A stretch of DNA of 64,000 nt, taken from Aquimonas sp. Its GTDB lineage: Bacteria; Pseudomonadota; Gammaproteobacteria; Xanthomonadales; Xanthomonadaceae. The notes beneath the pieces were generated by a model, which worked only from the letters and a program-made list of their open reading frames with translations, was not told the origin of the DNA and did not search any database. Every line of letters begins with the position of its first letter. The first letter of the stretch is position 1. The position numbers and the translations under genes are program-made. Positions 19,098-26,821 of this stretch are shown piece by piece. The stretch lies in assembly GCA_035440755.1 (NCBI GenBank), contig DAORND010000008.1, positions 1,796 to 65,795 of the forward strand, written 5' to 3'.

Positions 19098-19732
19098 CGC
19101 TGAACCACGCGAACCCGCGTGAGTTCTGGGACTCGCGCTTTGCGGAAATCGACTTTCTCTACGGTCAGCTGCCCAACGCGTGGCTGTACGAATGTGCCAT
19201 CAGCCTGCCACCACACGGCGGGCGCGTGCTGTGTGCCGCCGAGGGCCAAGGTCGCAATGCCCTGTGGTTGGCGAAGCAGGGATGCGAAGTCCACGTGGTG
19301 GATATTTCTGCCGTGGCCTTGGAGCACCTTGAGCGGCGCGCACGACAACTCGGACTGCCGATCACCTGCGAACAGGCCGATCTGGCCAATTGGATCGCCG
19401 AGCCCGAGAGTTACGACGCGGCCTTGCTGATCTTCGCCCACTTCCCGCCAGCGGTACGGAAGCATGTGCACACGCAAGTCCAACGCGCCCTCAAACCGAG
19501 AGGTTGGCTGGTGTTGGAAGCGTTTTCCCCAGAGCAACTCGGATTGACTTCCGGCGGACCGCGAAATCCTGCCTGGCTCTACAGCGCTGAGATGATCGCC
19601 GGGGATTTCGCAGGGATGCAGATCGCTTCGCTGAGCCAGATCCGGATCCGCCTGGATGAAGGCCCCGGACATCAGGGCGAAGCCGCCGTGGTCCGCTTGC
19701 TTGCAAGACGAATCGAAGAGCGCGCGGAGTAA
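19094..19732 (+). CDS. Class I SAM-dependent methyltransferase (TehB-like)
   Basis: FWDSRF...YGQLPNAWL, RVLCAAEGQGRNALWLA, VDIS; ATGA overlap with the cytochrome gene. Confidence 0.9.
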   Translation: MTLNHANPREFWDSRFAEIDFLYGQLPNAWLYECAISLPPHGGRVLCAAEGQGRNALWLAKQGCEVHVVDISAVALEHLERRARQLGLPITCEQADLANWIAEPESYDAALLIFAHFPPAVRKHVHTQVQRALKPRGWLVLEAFSPEQLGLTSGGPRNPAWLYSAEMIAGDFAGMQIASLSQIRIRLDEGPGHQGEAAVVRLLARRIEERAE

Positions 19733-19881
19733 CAGCGCTCCTTCTGCGGCAAGGATCACCTGCGCGCGGCGCGGACGGGGCGACCTGACGCTTGTCGGCT
19801 CCACTCTACCGACCATCTGGCTGGACTGGAGTCGCTGACGGCGCGGGCATACAGTGGGATGGTCAAAAAAGGGGGAAGTGC

Positions 19882-20445
19882 ATGCGCAACTTGTGCCACC
19901 AGTCAAGATTCAGCGGTCTTCCTGCATTTAGTTCGGTTTGGCAGCGCGGCGTCACCCTGTTGGAGTTGATGGTCGCTGTTGCTATTGTGGGCATTACCCT
20001 GTCCCTTGCGTTACCAAGTTTCAATGACTCGATCGAACGGAATCGCGTCGTATCGACCGTCAACGAAATGGTGGGTGCCATGAATCTTGCCCGTTCGGAA
20101 GCAATCCGCACGAACCGGACTGCCACCTTTTGTGCCAGCCTTGATCAAGCGACCTGCGGTGGGACATGGAGTGATGGCTGGATCGCTATCGCTGATCTCG
20201 ATGGGGATGCGGTCATGGATGTCTTGCGCACTGGCACTGTCAGTGACAAGGACGAAGTTACGGCTGCTGCGACTCAGATCGACTTTAATCAGCGCGGTCT
20301 GAAGACAGTCCCGGTGGGTGCGGCCACTATCGCTGTTCAGCCAGCAGGTTGTGCGGTTGGAAAGCCGCATCGTCGCGTCGTTTCCGTGACTGCTACCGGC
20401 GGTGCATTTGTCGCCAATCATGGCACTGACGCCAATTGTATTTGA
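19882..20445 (+). CDS. fimT: Type IV minor pilin FimT/FimU (GspH-like)
   Basis: Prepilin cleavage QRG|VTLLELMVAV; LNLARSEA-like MNLARSEAIR. Confidence 0.85.
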   Translation: MRNLCHQSRFSGLPAFSSVWQRGVTLLELMVAVAIVGITLSLALPSFNDSIERNRVVSTVNEMVGAMNLARSEAIRTNRTATFCASLDQATCGGTWSDGWIAIADLDGDAVMDVLRTGTVSDKDEVTAAATQIDFNQRGLKTVPVGAATIAVQPAGCAVGKPHRRVVSVTATGGAFVANHGTDANCI

Positions 20446-20457
20446 TGGGTTCTTTAT

Positions 20458-20985
20458 ATGACTACGAAATGGCAAGCTGATACTGAACGTGGTGTATCGC
20501 TCATCGAGGTAATGGTGGCAGTGTTGGTGCTTTCAATTGGACTGCTGGGAATGGCTTCGCTTATGGGGGTCTCGTTGCGCAATACCCAGAGTGCCAACTA
20601 CCGGACTCAGGCGGCTAATCTTGCATACGAGTACATTGACACGGCGCGAGCCTATATCGCCATTGGCGGTGGAGACAAGCTTGGATACATCCTGCAGCCA
20701 GCGTGGTCGGCCGCCAATTGCGATATTGCGACCGCGCCTCTCTACAATTGCGGTGGTGGCTTGGACTCCTTGAATTGCGACATCCGACGATTAGGGGACC
20801 ATGTGTGCCGGGTGTTGCCCGGAGGGCGTCTGCGGGCCACTGCTGTGCCGCTTGGTGGAAATCCGGATCGCCTGCAGTTGACGGTCGACATCTGCTGGAC
20901 AGATGACCGATCAGGCGCGGGAGCAGTGACTGAGGCCTGCAACAGCGATTCGGAAACCTTGTTCACGTTGGTGACCGAGCTATGA
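20458..20985 (+). CDS. pilV: Type IV minor pilin PilV
   Basis: ERG|VSLIEVMVAVLVLSIGLLGMA, SANYRTQA, terminal ICWTDDR. Confidence 0.92.
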   Translation: MTTKWQADTERGVSLIEVMVAVLVLSIGLLGMASLMGVSLRNTQSANYRTQAANLAYEYIDTARAYIAIGGGDKLGYILQPAWSAANCDIATAPLYNCGGGLDSLNCDIRRLGDHVCRVLPGGRLRATAVPLGGNPDRLQLTVDICWTDDRSGAGAVTEACNSDSETLFTLVTEL

Positions 20986-22181
20986 GTATTGTGAATGCGA
21001 TGAGACGCCGCATTCGCGCCTCCCAGCAAGGTCTGTCATTGGTCGAACTGATGGTCGCCCTCGCAATCGGTGTTCTACTTTTGTTGGGTCTGGTTGAGAT
21101 ATTCGGCTCGACAAGAGCTGCCTTTGGTGCGGCTGAGGGTTCTTCTAGAGCACAGGAAGCAGGAAGATTCGCTACAGAGTTTCTCAAGAGAGATTTGCGG
21201 GTCACAGGCCACGTTGGCTGCCTGAACGAACGTGCCTATCTGTCGGCTGCGGGTGGCCTGTTTGTGCACATGAGTGCTGGCGCTGTTGCGGCGGCACCCT
21301 ATGCGTTCCGTGTCGATTATCCGATTCAGGCCTATGAGTACGCGGGTACAGGGCCGGGAGATGCAGTCGATCTTTCGGCGGGGGCAACCGCTGCCACAGT
21401 GAGTGGTGAATGGAGTCCGGCATTGCCGACCGAGCTTGACGCCTTGCTCAACGAGGCAGTGGTTGGAAGTGATGTGCTTGTCGTTCGTTTTTTGAGTCCA
21501 GAGTTCGTTGATTCGGTTATTGTTGATATAGCCAATGCGCAATTTCAGATTACAGATCTGGCCGATCAGCCATTCTTTACATTGGATAGTGTCTACGGCG
21601 TTACAAATTGTCGAAAACTGAGCCTGGTGCAAGCTAGGACGGCCCCCGTGGCGGGCATTGTGAATGTTGGTATTAGCGGATTGAATGCGGTGGGCTGGAG
21701 TGCGCAGTTCGAAGACGGTTATGCACCACCCGGGACGAGTGTGCACAACTACAATTACGTTGTGTACTACGCCGGGATAGATGGTGCGTCTGGCCAGCCA
21801 TCTCTTAAGCGGCGAAACCTCGATCCATCGAGTGCAACGTTCCTCGGGCCATCAGAAACTTTGGTTGAAGGGGTGGAGTCGCTTCAATTCGTGTTCGGTG
21901 TGGACACTAGCGCGCCTCAAGATGATCAGGTGGATGTCTATCACACGGCAGACGGGATTGCCGGACTCCCGGTTGGTGCGGATGACCCTGCGCGGTGGAG
22001 GCGGGTGGCAACCGCCCGAATGGGGGTGATTACCCGAAGCCCGAATTCATCATCTGCCGCTCGCGACGCTGCCGCATCACAAATTCGGTTGGCGGATTCT
22101 GTGTTCACGTTCGCCGATGATGGGCGGGTCCGCCAGTCACACGAAACACTCGTTTCCATGCGAAATCGGAACAGGAATTGA
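20982..22181 (+). CDS. pilW: Type IV minor pilin PilW
   Basis: QQG|LSLVELMVALAIG, AQEAGRFA..FL.RDLR..G, LVEGVESLQFVFGVD, C-terminal MRNR. Confidence 0.92.
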   Translation: MSIVNAMRRRIRASQQGLSLVELMVALAIGVLLLLGLVEIFGSTRAAFGAAEGSSRAQEAGRFATEFLKRDLRVTGHVGCLNERAYLSAAGGLFVHMSAGAVAAAPYAFRVDYPIQAYEYAGTGPGDAVDLSAGATAATVSGEWSPALPTELDALLNEAVVGSDVLVVRFLSPEFVDSVIVDIANAQFQITDLADQPFFTLDSVYGVTNCRKLSLVQARTAPVAGIVNVGISGLNAVGWSAQFEDGYAPPGTSVHNYNYVVYYAGIDGASGQPSLKRRNLDPSSATFLGPSETLVEGVESLQFVFGVDTSAPQDDQVDVYHTADGIAGLPVGADDPARWRRVATARMGVITRSPNSSSAARDAAASQIRLADSVFTFADDGRVRQSHETLVSMRNRNRN

Positions 22182-22182
22182 C

Positions 22183-22659
22183 ATGAACCAATTCAATCAC
22201 TTTCCACAGAGACAACAGCGCGGTGCCGCATTGTTTGTGTCGATGATGATTCTAATACTGCTGACCATGCTCGCTCTGTCAGCATCGCAAGTTACTAGTC
22301 TGCAGGAGAAAATGGCTTCTGCGTATTGGGCGGACGCGCGTGCGTTCGAGCGTTCCGAAGCCGCGCTTCGAGCAGAGCAGCGCGCGCTAAGAACCGCTGT
22401 TGAGCAGGGTTTGTGTGTTTCGGATTCTGCCAGCTTACCAACTTGGCTTGGTAGCGCCCCGGCGGCTGGCGAGGCTCATGTATTGGCGATCCGCCATGAG
22501 GCGGCACGCGGCAGCGGCCTTGAGTCCGAAATCGTTGCCGGCAGTGCATTGGGCGCGTTGGATTGCGCGGTGTTCAAGATAAGTGTGGCAGACGCCGATA
22601 CCGTGGCCCCAGCTGACGCCAGCGCTTGGTCGGTTGTTCAGTCTGTCTTCGTACCATAG
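22183..22659 (+). CDS. pilX: Type IV minor pilin PilX
   Basis: QRG|AALFVSMMILILLTML (no Glu5, typical of PilX), LQEKMASAY.D..RAFE.SEAALR. Confidence 0.9.
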   Translation: MNQFNHFPQRQQRGAALFVSMMILILLTMLALSASQVTSLQEKMASAYWADARAFERSEAALRAEQRALRTAVEQGLCVSDSASLPTWLGSAPAAGEAHVLAIRHEAARGSGLESEIVAGSALGALDCAVFKISVADADTVAPADASAWSVVQSVFVP

Positions 22660-22668
22660 ATTTAGCTG

Positions 22669-25600
22669 TTGAGAAGGAGTTTGGCTATGTTCGCCATGCA
22701 ATCCGTTTCAGTGAAGCGCGCGCTGGTGGCGCTCGTCGCCGCCCTGACGATGGCGTCCGGGATGTCAGCGAGAGCGGCAATTGATGTTTCGCAAAGCCCG
22801 TTGTTTCTTCCTTCGCCGGTTGATCCAAATATCCTGTTCGTGTTGGACGACTCTGGATCGATGTACTGGGAATCTATTCCAGATAGTGCCGTCTTGTTCA
22901 TGTTCCCCAGACCAAACGGTGTATATGGGAACGCCAGTGAATATAGCAACCAGGTAGCCTCAGTAAATTATGCCTCAGGGAATGCGAATGAGGCCGTTTC
23001 TGCTTTGGCTTTTCGTTCGTCTTCCTATAACCCTTTGTATTATAATCCGGCTATTACATATCGGCCTTGGGCAAACGCCGATGGGTCGCTGTGGGCGGAT
23101 TCGAATCCACTGGCCGCCCGATATCATCCGGCGCGAGGTGGTCCGGGAACCCTGAATCTGACGACAAATGTTACTCAGAACGCACAATGGGTGTATACGA
23201 ACAATGCCGGGAGTGCGTGGGGGGCTTGGGCTGATAGAAGTTATTACCCGGCGACTTATGCACGGTTCCTAGGTGGGGCAGTTTGGAATGCGGCAAACTA
23301 TCAACGCGTCGAAATTAAGGTAGCAAATGCTCCTTTCACTGGTGACGGTCGCGAGAACAGAACAGATGTTGGTTGCGTGGCAGGCAGCTGTAGCTACACC
23401 GCAGAAATTCAGAATTTCGCAAACTGGTTTACTTACTACAGGTCGCGGCATTTGGCGGCAGCGGCAGGTGTTGGTCGCGCTTTCGCATCCCAGTCGGAGA
23501 AAATGCGCGTTGGATTTGGTGCGATCAATAAGTCCGGTACGTCTGTGGATGGAGTGGCCAATACTGAAGTGGTAATGAGCGGCGTGAGGCAATTTTCCGG
23601 CGCGGATCGAACCTCATTTTTTAATACGCTTTATGGCAGTAGTTGGGAGCCTTGGGGTACACCTTTGCGCTGGGCACTTGACAATGCGGGTCAGTATTTT
23701 TCACGCTCGGACAATCCTGGCCCATGGGGAAAAATACCTGGCACGAACGATGCGAGTAGTCATTTGGCCTGCAGGCAGAGCTACACGATCTTGATGACAG
23801 ACGGTTATTGGAATGGCGCCGCGGCGGAAACAGCAGGAGCTCAGGCCGATACTGACTCAACGGGTGGTCCAACCATTCTTGGTCCATCTGGTTCGTTCAC
23901 ATTCGACGCGGTGACTCCGTTTCGCGACGGTCGCGGCAACACGCTTGCGGATGTCGCTATGTATTATTGGAAGCGAGATCTACGCGGTACTATAGATAAC
24001 TTGGTCCCGACATCAACGATCAATCCTGCGTTCTGGCAGCACATGGTGACGTTCGGTATCGGTTTTGGTGTTGCGGGCACGGTTTCACCAACAACAGCGT
24101 TCGATGCGCTCGCCAATTCACCGGCGATCAACATCAATTGGCCGAACCCTACAGGTGGTACCGCCCAGGTGGATGATTTGCTGCATGCTGCGATTAATTC
24201 GCGCGGTGGTTTCTTCTCTGCCCGTGAGCCAGACGTTTTTGCGTCGGAATTGTCGAGTGTGTTGCAGGAAATTGTTGCTCGCTCGCTTGCTTCAAATGGT
24301 GTGTCCGCTTCTGCGACAAGGCGTGATACCAGTTTCTTGGTGTATGTTCCGGAGTTTGACAGCGCGGATTGGACTGGCGATGTCAAGGCCTACAACTTGA
24401 ATTCGGATGGTAGTCTAGCGAGTGTCGCATGGTCGGTATCGGCTAAGTTCAATTCTGGTTCGCCGGTGGATCATTCCTCTCGCGATATTTATGTTGCCCT
24501 CCCCAGTGGATCGAGTTACGCCCTGTCCCCGTTTACGGTTTCTGGGCTCGGTGGGGCTACATCTGCAGAGGCACACTTGGGTATTGTTGCATCGGATATT
24601 ACAGCTTATGGCACTGGTATCACGGTGAGCGAAGTCATCGATTATGTGCGCGGCAGCCATGCCAATGAGGGAACGAATGGTGGGCCTTTGCGAAATCGCT
24701 TGCGAGCATTTGGTGACATCATCGGTTCAAAGCCCGAAGTGATACGCGCCAATAGTTTCGGTTATGAGACCTTGCCTGCTGCTGAGGGAGGCGGGAGTGA
24801 TGACTCGATCTTCGGGACATACGCACACTTCTTGAAGCAGAAGCGCGCTAAGGATCCGGTTCTTTTCGTAGGTTCGAACGACGGCATGTTGCATGCGTTT
24901 GATGCGACGGAGACTGGCGGCGACTTGCTTTTCAGTGTAATGCCGAACGGGTCGTTAGGGTTGGTTAAGGAGTTACCAAAGAAGACGTATGCCCATCATT
25001 TCGGAGTGGACGGATCGCCGGCGCAGTTTGACGTAAGACTCGGTGGCTCATGGAAGACAATTCTGCTTACGCCGATGGGTGCGGGTGGGCGGTCGGTATT
25101 TGCATTGGATGTGACAGATGCCGGCTCAAGTTTCTCCATGAGCAGCTTCTTGTGGGAGTTCAAGAACGCTAATCTCGGATATACGCTTGGTGATCCAAAG
25201 GCTGCCTATTACAGAGGTAACCAGTGGTATGTCACTGTGCCGAACGGCGCTGGTGCGAATGATCATCAGGCGCGGTTGTTTTTCTTGGATCCATCGGATG
25301 GATCGATTGAACATAATGTTGTGCTGGGAAGTTCGGGCACAGCTTCCGATCCCAACGGTTTGATGTCGGCTGTTCCTGTAGACAGTGATTTTGATGGTCG
25401 AGCGGATACGGTTTATGCGGCCGATTTGCACGGCAACGTTTGGAAGGTTGTCATCAGTGCCGCGGGAGTGCCGACGGTTGCCTATGGCGGTCCGTTCTAT
25501 GTAGCCAAAGATGCTAGTGGGAATCGCCAGCCAATTACTGGATCGCTTAGTGCGGCGGTCCACCACCTGAGTGGTCAGATGGTGTTTTTTGGAACGGGCA

Positions 25601-26289
25601 AGTACTTCGAGGTGGGTGACAATACAGTCAGCTCGACGCCGCCGATGGAAACGTTCTACGGTGTCTGGGATAACGGCGCGTCAGTGGGTGGTCGGTCCCA
25701 GCTAACGCAGCAGAGTATAACCGGTGAGATTATGACCACGGATGGTCTCGCTCGAACCATGAGCAATGTGGCGGTTGACTGGAACAACGAGAAGGGCTGG
25801 TACGTCGACTTGGCAGTAGGTAGCACGAAGATTGGCGAGCGATTTGTCGGGCAGCCAAAGGTGCAGTTAGGTAGGGTATTCTTCACGACGTACACGCCGA
25901 AAGGTGATGCCTGTCAACCAGGTGGTGAGAACAGGTTGTACGCGCTTTCAGCTTTGACTGGCGCTGCCAATTTTGGATTTGACGATGCTACATGCACTGA
26001 CTGCGGTGGCGTTGTGATTGGATCTGATGGCGGGGCGATTGATGTTCCTGATTTTGTGGTTACGCCGCCTGGCTCCGGAGCGTGTAGGCCAGGGATTGAT
26101 ACCGGTTGTGAGTTGCAGTATGTCGATGAGGACGGTAATCCTTGTACTGCAGGCGACTCTGGATGCAGTGCAGTGACGCCCGGGGCAGCGCAAGGTTGTC
26201 GGCTTGATATTGGAGTTGTGTTGAGCAACGGTACCCGCTCGATTGGTGGTTTGTCGTGTGGTGTTCAGTCTTGGCGGCAGTTGCAGTAA
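22669..26289 (+). CDS. pilY1: Type IV pilus tip adhesin PilY1/PilC with vWA-like and beta-propeller domains
   Basis: PNILFVLDDSGSM (MIDAS), NFANWFTYYRSR, ILMTDGYWN, FVGSNDGMLHAFD, GVDGSP, Ca-loop DSDFDGRAD, FFGTGKY, GWYVDL. Start at 22669 or 22687. Confidence 0.93.
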   Translation: MRRSLAMFAMQSVSVKRALVALVAALTMASGMSARAAIDVSQSPLFLPSPVDPNILFVLDDSGSMYWESIPDSAVLFMFPRPNGVYGNASEYSNQVASVNYASGNANEAVSALAFRSSSYNPLYYNPAITYRPWANADGSLWADSNPLAARYHPARGGPGTLNLTTNVTQNAQWVYTNNAGSAWGAWADRSYYPATYARFLGGAVWNAANYQRVEIKVANAPFTGDGRENRTDVGCVAGSCSYTAEIQNFANWFTYYRSRHLAAAAGVGRAFASQSEKMRVGFGAINKSGTSVDGVANTEVVMSGVRQFSGADRTSFFNTLYGSSWEPWGTPLRWALDNAGQYFSRSDNPGPWGKIPGTNDASSHLACRQSYTILMTDGYWNGAAAETAGAQADTDSTGGPTILGPSGSFTFDAVTPFRDGRGNTLADVAMYYWKRDLRGTIDNLVPTSTINPAFWQHMVTFGIGFGVAGTVSPTTAFDALANSPAININWPNPTGGTAQVDDLLHAAINSRGGFFSAREPDVFASELSSVLQEIVARSLASNGVSASATRRDTSFLVYVPEFDSADWTGDVKAYNLNSDGSLASVAWSVSAKFNSGSPVDHSSRDIYVALPSGSSYALSPFTVSGLGGATSAEAHLGIVASDITAYGTGITVSEVIDYVRGSHANEGTNGGPLRNRLRAFGDIIGSKPEVIRANSFGYETLPAAEGGGSDDSIFGTYAHFLKQKRAKDPVLFVGSNDGMLHAFDATETGGDLLFSVMPNGSLGLVKELPKKTYAHHFGVDGSPAQFDVRLGGSWKTILLTPMGAGGRSVFALDVTDAGSSFSMSSFLWEFKNANLGYTLGDPKAAYYRGNQWYVTVPNGAGANDHQARLFFLDPSDGSIEHNVVLGSSGTASDPNGLMSAVPVDSDFDGRADTVYAADLHGNVWKVVISAAGVPTVAYGGPFYVAKDASGNRQPITGSLSAAVHHLSGQMVFFGTGKYFEVGDNTVSSTPPMETFYGVWDNGASVGGRSQLTQQSITGEIMTTDGLARTMSNVAVDWNNEKGWYVDLAVGSTKIGERFVGQPKVQLGRVFFTTYTPKGDACQPGGENRLYALSALTGAANFGFDDATCTDCGGVVIGSDGGAIDVPDFVVTPPGSGACRPGIDTGCELQYVDEDGNPCTAGDSGCSAVTPGAAQGCRLDIGVVLSNGTRSIGGLSCGVQSWRQLQ

Positions 26290-26337
26290 TGTTGTAATCG
26301 CGCCTGCCGCTTGGCGCGCGCACCGGCCGGAGTTGGT

Positions 26338-26745
26338 ATGAAATCCCTTAATCGTGGTTTTACGTTGGTTGAACTTATGATCGTCGTTGCAGTGATTGCT
26401 GTAATTACGATGATTGCGGTGCCTGCATACAACGAACAGGTTCGAAAGTCTCGGAGAGGGTTGGCGAAGAGTGATCTCTTGGAGTTAACTCAGTGCGCAG
26501 AGCGTTTCCACACGACCAATGGCACTTATGTCGGCTTTGATGCTGCCGCAGTGTGCAACGTTAACGGCAGAGATGACGCAAACACCTATGACTTTGCCGC
26601 CGCCGCGATTACTAGGACGACTTTTACCTTGAGCGCTACCGCGCAAGGTGGGCAGACCGATGATAAGTGCGGTGACCTCGGCATCAATCAGGCCAACGTT
26701 CGCACGCATTCGGCAGGAACCGCGGCGGATCGCTGCTGGGAGTAG
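26338..26745 (+). CDS. pilE: Type IV minor pilin PilE
   Basis: NRG|FTLVELMIVVAVIA, PAYNEQVRKSRR..AK..L, ERF.T.NGTY, C-terminal C...CW. Confidence 0.93.
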   Translation: MKSLNRGFTLVELMIVVAVIAVITMIAVPAYNEQVRKSRRGLAKSDLLELTQCAERFHTTNGTYVGFDAAAVCNVNGRDDANTYDFAAAAITRTTFTLSATAQGGQTDDKCGDLGINQANVRTHSAGTAADRCWE

Positions 26746-26772
26746 CAGCGGTTTCATTGGTGAGCGAGTTAT

Positions 26773-26802
26773 CGAAGGGCGAGCCGGTCGGTTCGCCCTT
26801 CG
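26773..26802. terminator. GC-rich hairpin between convergent pilE and icmF
   Basis: CGAAGGGCGAGCC-GGTC-GGTTCGCCCTTCG; no long U tract. Confidence 0.55.
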
Positions 26803-26821
26803 GCACTTTGAGCGTTGCGAC

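Noticed and set aside
9969-19732. Sulfur module as a mobile genomic island
   Set aside because: GC content of a sampled line is similar to the backbone, and there are no flanking repeats, tRNA or recombinase; mobility is not supported from the sequence alone.
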